Notes under the pieces: model-generated
What the model saw: the letters and a program-made list of their open reading frames with translations, nothing else
What the model was told of the DNA's origin: nothing
Databases searched by the model: none
Shown here: positions 1-10,864 of the stretch, one piece after another
How the letters are laid out: every line of letters starts with the position of its first letter
How positions within the stretch are numbered: position 1 is the stretch's first letter
Assembly (NCBI GenBank): GCA_023334545.1
Contig: JAADVB010000053.1
Location: 1-64,000, forward strand
Reading direction: 5' to 3'
Source of the DNA: Salisapilia sapeloensis CBS 127946
Lineage: Eukaryota; Protista; Oomycota
DNA length: 64,000 nt
Position numbers and translations under genes: made by a program

Positions 1-673
1 CACGATCTGGAGCGATCTAACGGATTTCTCCGTCTCAAGAATGAGGTTGGTCTGGTTTTTGCGCTCGAATGAAATTGTGCATCTAGGGCGTGAACACGAG
101 GGCATGTATGACGAACCGGAAGAGAGTACTTGGTATAGCAGGTTGCACAGACGAAAATGAGCCCTTCAAGGACACGTATGAATTAAACACAGGTTCAAGC
201 GTCACGTCAATCGAAATAATGGGCAACATTTGGCTTTCTGAATGTATAAAAGCTAGTACGGTGATGTCCTTGCCGAGGTTACGTGCAGTTGTGGATTTAC
301 TTGCAATCTGAAGTTACTGCCCGACAGGGATATGAATCATAGTTTGCATCGACGGATGGTGGACTACAGTATAAGCTGTGTCAAAGGTCCCTCCAGAGCA
401 ATACGAGGGAACAAAAAGCTTACCGGAGTGATCCATAGTGATACCAAAAACAAGACGTCGTGATAAGCCGGTAGAAAAGCTAAACTTGCTGGTCTATTGT
501 ACGCAGCCAAACACGAGTCACACCTGCTGATTGGAAGTACTAGGCGTGGGATCGAATACGGTATTGGCACCGACGTTCCACACGACTGACTTGCAGCCTA
601 TACACACTGGACCACCTCTCAAGCTCGTTTCACATTCCTACTCACCTGCGCATCTTGGACAAAGAAGAGTGGA

Positions 674-3656
674 ATGCTAGGTAGAATCTCACATTGGATC
701 TCCGACAAACTGGAGAGCTCTCGATCAGATGACTACCATCTTCGCTACGAATCTTTGGTACTTGACGTGTTGACTAGGCTGTTGAGAATGCTGATGAACT
801 GACATGCTTTGTGCTTCTATCGGATGAATGTTCTAGTACCGCCTTCGAAAAGAGACCTTGAGTGCCATTCATGTGGCCAAAGAGCTAGCCTACAAGAACG
901 AAGAACAAGCTCGAGACGAAGCGTCCACCAGTTTCCTCACAAGTGAAAACCAGATCACACACCGTCTGGGTAGGTTTTGTTTCTACAGTACTTGTGTGTC
1001 AAGAGAAGACTAATGCGAACGTAGGAATGGCCATTGAAGCCATCTTGATGCTTGGACTCAAGCGACATGGGCAGCAGGAGATCTCTCTCTGGAGCGTCCT
1101 CTACGCTGCATCCATGGCAGTCGATGACCCTGTCCTCCTGCAGACAACACTCTCGGCCGCCGTCTTGTCGGAGGTATTTCACGTTTGCTGAAATTAATGA
1201 GACCGAGAGTCGTATGTTATACACGATGCTTGTCTAGAGTGACGAAGGGAAGGCTCGAGCGTGGCTCAAGATGGCGTTGAACAGCCATACACTAGGACCC
1301 AGCATCCGAGCTCTTGCCTCGTCTAAAGACGTTCTTCCAACCAGCTATGAGCACTGGTCCATCCTCCGCAACAGTGACTCCTCCACCTCTTTCCTCCAAA
1401 TGCTGTCTGAGATCGACAAGCTCAACTTCTTTTTGGAAGTGGACGATACACCGTTCGAGATAGAAGAGAACGCCACAGATGATGCCGACTACATGCATTC
1501 TCTGCACACGCCACAGCGGCGGAAGAACCGGACTGCGAGTGGAGTGAGCGAAAGTAGCGACAGGTCTACTCCTAGCTCTTACGTACACGTCAGAGCACAC
1601 TCGGATGGACGTCTCGTACACCAGTCTGTTTTTGGCCTTCCACTTGCGCAGGTGACGAGCGACCCAGTCCACTCCACCTATGCTACAATTGACCCTTGCT
1701 TGTCTGTTCCGAAAGTCGTTTGCGACTGCTGCGACGTGTTAGAAGCCAAAGCCCCAACTCCAAGACTCTTGCGATCGACCGTCGTGCATCCGCGACTGGA
1801 GGAACTGGAGAGGATCTACACGAAAGAGTCTCGACTACCGGACGACACGACAGCTCATGAAGCAGCAGCTCTGCTACTCCACTTTCTCCGCTCCTTCCCT
1901 GAGCCTCTGTTGCCTCTGCACACTCACGAAGCTTTTGTCAAAGCTGGAAGGAATCGCGATAGAGAGGATGGCGTCAGTGCCATCACAGAGCTCGTCAACA
2001 GTCTCCCTGTTTCCCCCAAGGTGGTGCTAGAAAGGATCGTCTCGACCTTTGGCGTCCTGCTGACACCGGAGAATGCGGAGAGAGCTGGTATCAATGGGGA
2101 AGTCGCAGCATCGATGCTCGCCCCTGCCGTCGTCTTCCACCCAGATGCCACGCAGGCAACCGGAGATCATCGACGAGTGAATCAAGACTACCAGAACGCT
2201 CGCTTCGCCGCCGTTTACGAAGAGTTTTTGCAAATGATGATAGAGCACCAAGAAGTGGTTTTCAAAAAGCTTCGGTCTCAGATAGAGGACGCTCGGGAGC
2301 AGGTGGAGACAATGGAGCGTCGCTTGTCATCCTTTTATAATCTCACAAACACTCCAGTTCGTCTTGATGCTCCAGCGGATGTGGAGCAACTGGAGTATTT
2401 GTCTCGACAATTTTTACTAGAAGAGGAGACAGAAACTATGTCCGAATTACATCTAGAGAATGAAAAGGTAGTGGAGGCATGGCAACGATACGGATTTGGA
2501 GCCTCTCAAATCACACAAAACTTTTCTGACGGAGGTGTACTGCTCTTGAGAGCAGTTTCGTACCTCGTCGACAACGACGTCAGGGCTAGGACGCGCTGGA
2601 AGCGTTGGTTTGCATCAGCTATCGAAGAGACAAGTAGCGACTCTGCGTTTGTTGAGCTCCATCTCTCTAGCATACTGCTCGATGCACTGCACCTTCGGTA
2701 CGTCCTACTAATCTAAATAATCCTGTCTAGTGCTCAACATAGTTTATAGACATCCAGACTCGGAGCGTATCGACATCGTTACCTTATCCAAAGAACCGTT
2801 CTGGAGTTTGCTTGCGAATGATGAAGATGCTTTCCTCAAGCTCTTTGTCTTTATCCACGAGGTCCTAGATGACTATTGGACGACGTCAGTTTCTCTCAGC
2901 ACTGCGCTTGAAAGGTCTGAGTCTGCCGTTCGACAGCTCCTGATGTCCACTTCCTTCGAGTTTGTGGCTGAAATGGCGGAAGCTTGGCACCATGAACAGG
3001 ACGACAAACCTCCGGAAGAGGACGATAGTGATTCGGATTCAGACACAGCCTCAGTCCCTCAGGATACGATGGAGTTAGACGAATACAAGGACAAGCTCCT
3101 CCACGCATCTCGACTGCTGGACTTGCATCAGGTGGCAGCCATCGACCGTATCCTCCCCCTCACCTGTCAATTGTGCAAGTGGCATCTACTCTACAGCACT
3201 GACCTCCATGGCTCGTCCCTCCATTCCCTTCTGGCTATGGCTAACGGACACTCACCGACTCTAGTGGTGATCAAGACGGATGCAGGTGACGTCCTCGGTG
3301 GCTTCGCGACAGAGCCATGGGGACCCAGAGCTCAGTACTATGGCAACGGCGAGTGCCTGGTCTTCTCCCTAGACGATACGAATGAGAATGCCGCCAAGTA
3401 CGCCTGGACAAGAATGAACGACTACTTTATGCTGTGCTCGGACCAGTCGCTCGCGATGGGCGGCGGGGGAGACTTTGCCCTCTTTCTCGACAGCGATCTA
3501 GCGAGAGGTTCGTCTGGAGCATGCGAGACGTTTGGCAATCCGCCACTGGCATCCAGTCCTGACTTTGCCTGTGTGCAAGTAGAAGTGTGGGGCTTTACGA
3601 TGGAGGATAAAGCGCCTGCGAGGCCTCGTATGCCTCGGAAGAGTGTCTTGGACTAA
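674..3656 (+). CDS. Multi-domain protein: RUN + RhoGAP-like + ELMO-like + TLDc (spliced, about 4 introns)
   Basis: Splicing joins MLGRISHW.. (ATG 674) to THRLGMAIEAILMLGLK and EGKARAWLKMALN..YEHWSILRN (RUN). Then VPKVVCDCCDVL..FLRSFPEPLL (RhoGAP), WQRYGF..NFSDGGVLLLRAVSYL..LDDYW (ELMO-like), and WHLLYSTDLHGSSL..GGFATEPW..YYGNGECLVF..ALFLDSDLARGSSGACETFGNPPL (TLDc). Confidence 0.8.
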
Positions 3657-3703
3657 TAAAGTCGAACGTGTTTTCAACTAGCTCTTGGTGACTTTATTAT
3701 TAG

Positions 3704-4430
3704 TTAGGCAGTGCGAGCGAGCGTCGGGAGAAGCTCTTCCTCGAGCTGCATGTCGAACGCTTCGAATTGATTCTGGATTTGAGTCCGCTGCAGCATAAGA
3801 CACGACTTGGTCAGAGAGTAGATGTAGGCCAATAGGCATAATAGACTCTGTACCTGCGACTCGGAGGAGGTTTCCGTTCGCTGGAGCTGCGGACGCATGC
3901 CTTCCACCTGGTCTCGGTATCGCTTGTCGAAGGTGTCGACGACGAGCTGGAGGAAGGTTTGGAAGCTGTCGTACGAGCTTTCGGTCGTCCGGTCATGGAA
4001 GAGCACTGCCTGAAACTTGTCACTTTCCTTGGACAGCATCTCCACAGCTCCATTCGCGGCCTAGTGTGTATCCTGTCATGATCTGATCTTCATATCAAAA
4101 GCTACGCTGTATCTACCGTCAAGGCGATGGGTTCTCCCGTCCCTCGCTCTGCCCTGGGCGAACTCGTCCTGGATCCGTGTCGAGAGCTACCTTTGGGCTC
4201 AAACTGCACTCGCACGACGTCTACTCGGCTGTCTAGTACGATGCAATCGACATAAGATGGCATGATGACGTACCTCCACCGTCGACTTCACGTGCGAACT
4301 GCGTGAAGGACGCAACGAGGGAGTCGACTCCTTTGATGTGAGCTTCCATCGGCCACTTCCATTCTCGCGTGAAGAGGCATATGCCAGAAGCTCGATCGAG
4401 TACCTTGAGCGCACGCATTTCGTCGTTCAT
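3704..4430 (-). CDS. Small uncharacterised protein with a longin-like secondary-structure pattern (3 introns)
   Basis: ORFs 4233..4430 and 3704..4045 join in frame through GT-AG introns: MRALKVLDRASGICLFTREWKW..GVDSLVASFTQFAREVDGG..VQF..FQAVLFHD..FLQLVVDTFDKRY. Confidence 0.6.
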
Positions 4431-4456
4431 TTTTTCACTTTTGACCGGAAGGAGAA

Positions 4457-4786
4457 ATGAGTGGCGTCAAGGCTACCTTTCGCTTCCACGGAGAGACCCA
4501 GCACGAGTTCTCGAGCTATCCGACGGAGGCAGAGGCGTCTAACGAGTACGACATCGCAGAAGAAGGGCGCAAGAACCACTCGTACGGTGGCAAGATGGAC
4601 GGCGGCGTGCCACTGCCAGCGCTTAAGTCGACGGGACCGTACGCGGCTCTCGTGACGGCCATCAAGGTACTAGCTTAAGATAGATGCATCGACAGTCTTA
4701 TAAACATGATGTAGCGCGGGAAAGAGGACAGCGAGAGCTTTCTCAAGGACAAGGTGGAGGGACCAGCGCCGACGGAAGACGAGTAA
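4457..4786 (+). CDS. 93-aa protein, tentatively Gon7-like (KEOPS subunit); intron 4667-4714
   Basis: Two exons splice in frame (ATCAAG|gtactag..atgtag|CGCGGG) to give MSGVKATFRFHGETQHEF..NHSYGGKMDGGVP..YAALVTAIKRGKEDSESFLKDKVEGPAPTEDE. The family call is by pattern only. Confidence 0.5.
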
Positions 4787-4845
4787 CAAGTGCGAGAGCG
4801 ACGGAAATAGTAGAGAGGAACGTAGGTTGCAATCGTACGTAGACT

Positions 4846-7084
4846 TTATTCGTTGACAAGAGTACTTTTGTGTTTCCGGCGCTTCTTGCTGCCGTACTGG
4901 TCGGCTGCTCCGGCGTGGAAGATGCGCTTCCAACTGGGCACGAGGGACGCTGCGTGACTACGTAGTTGTCTCGACTGCAATTGTTCAACAGCAGTGGTGG
5001 GACTGGCGGCAGACGCAGCGTCCAGACGATCCGTCGGAGGTCGAAGGACGTGTCTCGGGTGGCTGCAGTCGTGGCAGAACCATGGGATGCCTGGCGGAGG
5101 CACCATGGCGAGGTTCGTGCAGCTAAGGAAGACATCAGTGGAGACGCTATCAGTAGTAATAAGAGGAGCATACCACAAGTGGAAGGCAGCAGGACATCCG
5201 TCGCAGCATATGAGCTCTCCAGCCAGTCCGCATCGGTGGCAAGCGTCTTCGTTCAAGTCGTCGGACTTTGGGTTGAGGTACTGCTGGGTGGACTGTATGT
5301 GTTCCACGAAGCGCTCGATGCGCTCTGGATCCATGGACGCAGATGTGTGTGGCATTCGGGCGTTCCACTTGGAGACATTCCTAGCAAACCTCTGTAGATC
5401 TAGACTTCACGATCAGTATCCTCTTCCATCCTACTCATGCGTAAAGAAACCTTGGCAGCGCAGAGCTCTCGCCTTTACCAAATTCACTCGCTTCTTCCTC
5501 AACTGTGAACACCTGCGAGACACTCTGGAATTCATTGAGGACAGCTCTGATGTCCAGTCGGACTTGCCTCTGCAGATGAAGCTCCTCCGCTTGCGCATCT
5601 CGTCCAGATGGTCACCTCGGACAGCACAAGTGTACCAGTCGTCCTTGAGAGTCCTCTGGGACGTGGCGGTTGGAGAGACGGGGGAGACAGCAGGCTGCAC
5701 CTCTTCCTCCGGTTCCTCCTCGTGGCTCTTGTGACTCAGGAAGAGTCGACGCTTCTGATACCCATAGTCTTCCAGCCACTCGGTCTCTAGCTGCAGAAGC
5801 ATGTGAGCATCAGACGTACCAACTAGTGTAGGGAAGAGAGTACCTGAGAAGCCTTGAGGAGTGCGAGGGACGAGACGTGGGCTGGAGCGTTGATCTCGGC
5901 CGGAGGGCCGAGGTCTACTGGAGCTGCCGACTGGACGACGGACTCTCCGCCGCTCGACTCGGTGTCTCCGCTGGACTTGCGTCCGATCTGACCCTGACAC
6001 GAGGGCGTGCCGCACTTGCACGTGACGGCCTCTCCAAAGTGGGAGAAGTTGTAGTCGATGGTGATCTCTTCGTCCTTGGCGATCTGCCGCTTGGCGAAGA
6101 TGCCGATGCGGAGGATACCGTCGACGTTCCACTTTTGCGTAACGCTGTTGGGCTCGCAGCTGTGGTTGATGAAGCGAGACTCGTTGCTTCGGTACCTGGC
6201 GTCGATGACGATGTCCTTCTCGAGCTCGAGCATGTAGAAGTGGGTTTCGCCCATGTCCCTGTACTTGATCAGCCGACGCTCACACTCTTCATCGTCCACC
6301 ACCTCTCCTACGTACTCGATGATAAAGTCTCCTGCGTCAATCGCGTCGTCTGCGATGAGTCCGAACCCAGGGCCTTGGACGTACTCGACGCGGACGGGCC
6401 TATACATGAGAATGAGTTCCTGTCTAGTAACTTGGTCCTTGGCTCTTACTTGACTTGTCGACGCTGGATGGCTCGGTTCAGACACAGGTCGGGGTCCGGC
6501 GCAGAGCATGTCTTGGCCGTGCAGCTGATGAAGAGCATGCGGTTGTGGCAGTTGTCTCCACACACAGCATCCTTCCGGGCGCTCTTCCTGGATCGCAGCG
6601 CGTCACGCTTGTTGCCACCGGCTTTGGACCTACGGTTGCCTTGCTTCCCGCTCTCTACGTAGCACTCGCACTTATGCACCGGCAACGACGCGGCCGGAAT
6701 GCGCTTGGACAGGTAGACGCACTTGGCAATCTTCCCGAACGGCGGTGGCTGGTGCACCACTTTTCGGTTCTACGAGCAGACAAGCGTCAGGTATCTAGAG
6801 AGGTCTACAGTATAGTCGATGGCATGTCGTACGTCGATCTTCTGGATGTCGAGTGCATTGAGTGGCAGTCGGAAGACCTCTGGCTGGGTCGGCATGGCAT
6901 CCGTCCGGAGCGTGGAGAGGAAGGTCTGAGTGGCTCTTGCTACGTCTGGCTTGGACTTGGTTCTGGAAGCGGCTCTGACATTGGCAAGGACCTTTTCCTC
7001 CGCCTTCCGAGCTGCTTTCCTCGGATGCGCTTGTCGAGGTGGCATGCGTATCAGTTTGGTCGTCACTTGTCGAAATGGCGCCAA
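4846..7084 (-). CDS. AWS-SET-postSET histone lysine methyltransferase (H3K36-type, NSD/ASH1-like) with a C-terminal PHD finger
   Basis: CGDNCHNRMLFISC..CLNRAIQ (AWS), GFGLIA..FIIEYVGEV..RFINHSCEPN..EEITIDY (SET), CKCGTPSCQG (postSET), CHRCGLAGELICCDGCPAAFH..WFCHDC (PHD). Exons join in frame. Confidence 0.85.
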
Positions 7085-7273
7085 AGCACTTGATTCGTGA
7101 GACTAGCCATTGGCTCCGTCCGTTGCTACAAATGGTGGTCGAGAGACCACATGAAGCGACGTAATGGACACTTTCGATACCAAGTGGAAACGTAGGTCAG
7201 GGCCTCAGGACGAGGAAACGTTAAAACGATCGAGAGACCAGAGCAAGGATCAAACGCAAGAGCTCTGTCATGT

Positions 7274-9321
7274 TCAGCGACTACTTTCCAACCCTCCGTT
7301 CATCGCGCGATAGTCCACGGCCACTCGACTGCGCTGGACGCGGCCACTCTGCTGCAACATCGATGGCGCCGACTCTGTATCCTCTGCATTACCCTTCTCC
7401 AAGCTTTCACTGCTACTGGATTGGTGTTGGACTCCTACTGGCGAAGTCCTCTTGCGCGTGTACATCTCGCCATCGTCGTCGCTGTCCACTTGGCTGGCGA
7501 ACAGCAAGTAGTTGAGCTTCCGATAGTCCACTGGCGTCCTCTTGCGCTTGCCGGGAGGAGGCGACAGATCTTCCGCAGACGACTCGGAAGCTGTCTCCTG
7601 GACATTGCGCTTACCTGCCTTCTTCTTGACACTAGCTGCTGCACTAGTCTTCGTGTCCGTCCTGACGCTAGCCTTCGTACCGCTCTTGGTCGGTGGCTGC
7701 TCACCACTGATACCCATCTTCTCTGCTAAGAGCATGCCCCTCTTCATGCGTCGATGGCTGATAACCTCTTGGCCGCCGTCGTCGTACAAGATGCGCCACT
7801 CTCGCTTGTTCGTGATGATCTTCTTGCTGTCGGGGGCTGGCGGCGTGGCTTCCTCCAGCACTCGACCCATCCGCGTCTCCGTCTCGGACTTGGGCTTGAT
7901 CGCCACTCTCTCTCCGATAAAGTTGACGTGCCTATACGGTCTCGCAGCGCCGTCGAGAAGGAGACCATTCACCGGCAGTTCTCTACGAGGTACCAAGATT
8001 AGCAAGACGAGAGACAAAGGAGGTAGGACGGACGTACTTGACTGTCTTGACGGCAGGTTTCATTACCACGGGAGACGCACTAGCCTCAGGTTCTTCCTCC
8101 ACCGACACTTCTTCCACAGGCTCCTCGCTTCCGTCATGACTCTTGACTTGGTTATCGCTGTCCTCCTGGTCACTTTCACTGTCTGAAGGAGGAGGCGAGT
8201 CGGTCATCACAAAGTCTTCGTCTTCTTCATCTTCTTCCAGCGCAAACGAAGCTTGGTTTAGAGACACCGGAGCAAGATGACTAGTAGCCTTCTCCCCCTC
8301 TGACTCCTCAGCTCCTGCCATCGCTCCTGACAACTCTGGAAAGACCTAGTAGTAACTTAGCACTTGTCATAGGGTACTTGTAACGATGGAAACTACCTCG
8401 TCTGGCGTCTCGTACATGGTCCCTAGCGCATAATTTATCTTTCTCAGAGACTCGAACATGGATGCACAGCCGTGGCAGAACCAGTCGTCGTCTCCCTCCG
8501 GAATCTCTCGCGTCGACACTGGTGGAGACAGACACTGCTGATGGTACGCTCGGAAGCACGCCGGGTGGTCGCAGAAGAGAATGTCATTGTCCTGCGTCGT
8601 GTTCGTGCTGCTGCATACGGAGCAGACGATCTCCTCCGGCGCCACGTGGGTCTTGCCCTGCTTCAGTGGCTCCAGCTGCTTGTCCTTGGCGTGGAGCTCT
8701 TCCATCTCGCGCAAGTAGGTCGCGACGAGTTTCTTGATCACAACCATCTTTTCATGCGTCTTGGCGAGCTCCTTGTCCGGCTTGAGCTTCTCCAGGTTGG
8801 CACTCCGCCACCCCTCGCCTTCATACGCCTCCACGAACGCCACCAAGTACTTGAGTCGTTTGACCTTTTACATGATCTTTAGGTCAACCCATCCGTCCCA
8901 AGTGTTGAAATGCACCTACCTGAGTGTTCACCTTGGCTTCCAGCTTCTTGTACACGGACATATCTTGCTGAGACTTTGGCAGCGGAACAAGAGACGCTTT
9001 CACGCTGACCTTGAGACCAGTGACCACGGCCTCGTCGACCTTGTACTGTTTCTCTACCTTCTTCCTACCCCTTCCTTTGCCTCTTTCCCGTCTGTCTCGG
9101 ACTGGAGCTTTGCTCGGAGGTCGAATCCTGCGTGACGCCACGACTGGCGCTGTGGTCATCCCTTGCCTCGTTTTGGTTTCGCTCGTGCCTTGTCTGGTGG
9201 ATGCATACTAGGTTACAGTCCAGTATATTCGAAATGAAGTCGGATGGACGTACTTGGATCGAGAGGACCTGGTCACCCGCGTGCCACTGGCGCCGCCAGC
9301 GTCTGTCGTCTTCGTAGCCAT
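7274..9321 (-). CDS. PHD-finger chromatin protein (PRH/HAT3.1-type PHD) with a Tudor-like segment
   Basis: CSVCSSTNTTQDNDILFCDHPACFRAYHQQCLSPP..WFCHGC. WRILYDDGGQEVI is Tudor-like. A first exon MATKTTDAGG.. (ATG 9321) splices in frame onto ORF 8884..9159, and an Inr-like CTCATTTCC lies just upstream. Confidence 0.8.
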
Positions 9322-9894
9322 GTCTTTGTCTTGCACTATCGGAAATGAGGATTATGCCGATTTCTATTCGTGGCGACGATCTCGGTCGGGGCTTACGGGA
9401 GGCGATGTCGGTGGACTATCTGGACGTAGACCAAGGTCAGTTGAACGTACCGAGAAGAGTACGAGCGAGTGGAAGTCGATACCGCCACAAAATGTCGAAA
9501 GTAATTTCGATCTCGAGGCGACGCAATTGGAAACCTCGACGTCCGGTCTCGTTGCAAGACGATCTTGTGAGACGAATATGCACTAGAGCAAGCAATGTCT
9601 AGGACTGTTGAAGGAGATAAAAAGGTTGAAAGAGAGATACAAGGACATGCAGGTCGTGGCACATAAAGTAGATGCATTCGATTTTAAAGTTACCACGCTA
9701 TCTAGTGGATTCCTATCAAAGTACAGGTCGAATGCAGGAAAGAACGATGTCCACAGGTGTACGTATGGATGGAATAAGGGGGAAGAGGAAGGGATGGAGG
9801 TGGAGGAACTAGGAGGAGGCGAGTACCGTGGAGAAGATGTTGGAAGAGACAAGACTTCTGCTTCGTTTTCCACCACAAACGCATCCATTTCGTC

Positions 9895-10806
9895 ATGCTT
9901 CGAACGCTTCTGCATACCACACGCTCGACCGCGCGTCGTACGGCCACCGTCAGCAGCCTAGCCAAACGCACGTTTGCCGACTACCCTCCTCATGAAGTCG
10001 TCGGTCTCCCAGGTGCGTACAACAGTCTAGAAATGGTACTAGTCGAGACTAACGAAAGCTTCCGAATGCACAGCTCTTTCGCCTACGATGGTGCCTACCA
10101 CCTCTATCTTTCTACGTATATCTGCCTAACAATGTAGTCTAGGACACTGGCAACTTGGCCAAGTGGAACAAGAAGGAGGGGGAGCAGATTACGCCTGGCG
10201 ACGTCATCTGCCAGGTCGAGACGGACAAGGCCGTGATGGACTTTGAGGCGCAGGACGAGTACTACCTGGCCAAGATCCTCGTACCGGAAGGCGCGGAGGG
10301 CATTGAAATCGGCGCGCCCATCATGGTCGTGACGGACAGCGAGGACAACGTGTCTGGTCTGGCCAACTTTGAGCTGGACGAGAGCTCTTCGCCGTCGTCC
10401 GAGCCCAAGCAGGAGCGTGCGCCGGAGGAGACGCCGCCCAAGAAGGAGGAGGTGTCTGTGGACCCAGAGACCAAGGAGCCCGTGTCTCCGTCGGACTTTT
10501 TGGTCACGTCCCAGACGACCCACAAGAACGAGCAAGGTCCTTCGATTCCGGAGTCGCCACCGCAGCAGGAGAAGCCTCAGGAAGAGCCTCAGCAGCATAG
10601 TCAGCAGGCGCCTGCCAGTGCCATCCAGGTGGAGGAGTCGTGGGGCCAGAACGTCAAGAAGAGTCCTCTCTTCTCCCTGTAAGTCCCGTGTACATCTATC
10701 TCTTGTGACTCTGTACTAACGTCCGTCTAGACTGACCAAGAAGCAGCAGGAGTACGTGGACATGTACGGCCCGACCGGCACGTCTCCCGTGGCGTCGGAC
10801 AAGTAG
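9895..10806 (+). CDS. Mitochondrial lipoyl-domain protein (PDH E2/E3BP-type N-terminus) lacking the acyltransferase core
   Basis: Arg/Thr-rich presequence, then [54 protein letters not shown] with the lipoyl-Lys motif ETDKA. A Pro/Glu linker follows, then a short tail ending GPTGTSPVASDK* at 10806. Confidence 0.85.
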
Positions 10807-10864
10807 TCCAGCCTTTTGCCAATAAAAACTTAAAAGAGAGCTTCGTGTTTCTTGTTGCTACGTC

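Noticed and set aside
4846-9321. A single fused PHD-Tudor-SET-PHD gene
   Set aside because: The upstream ORF ends in a clear stop at 7274, and the SET gene has its own ATG at 7084 with no evident splice path between them.
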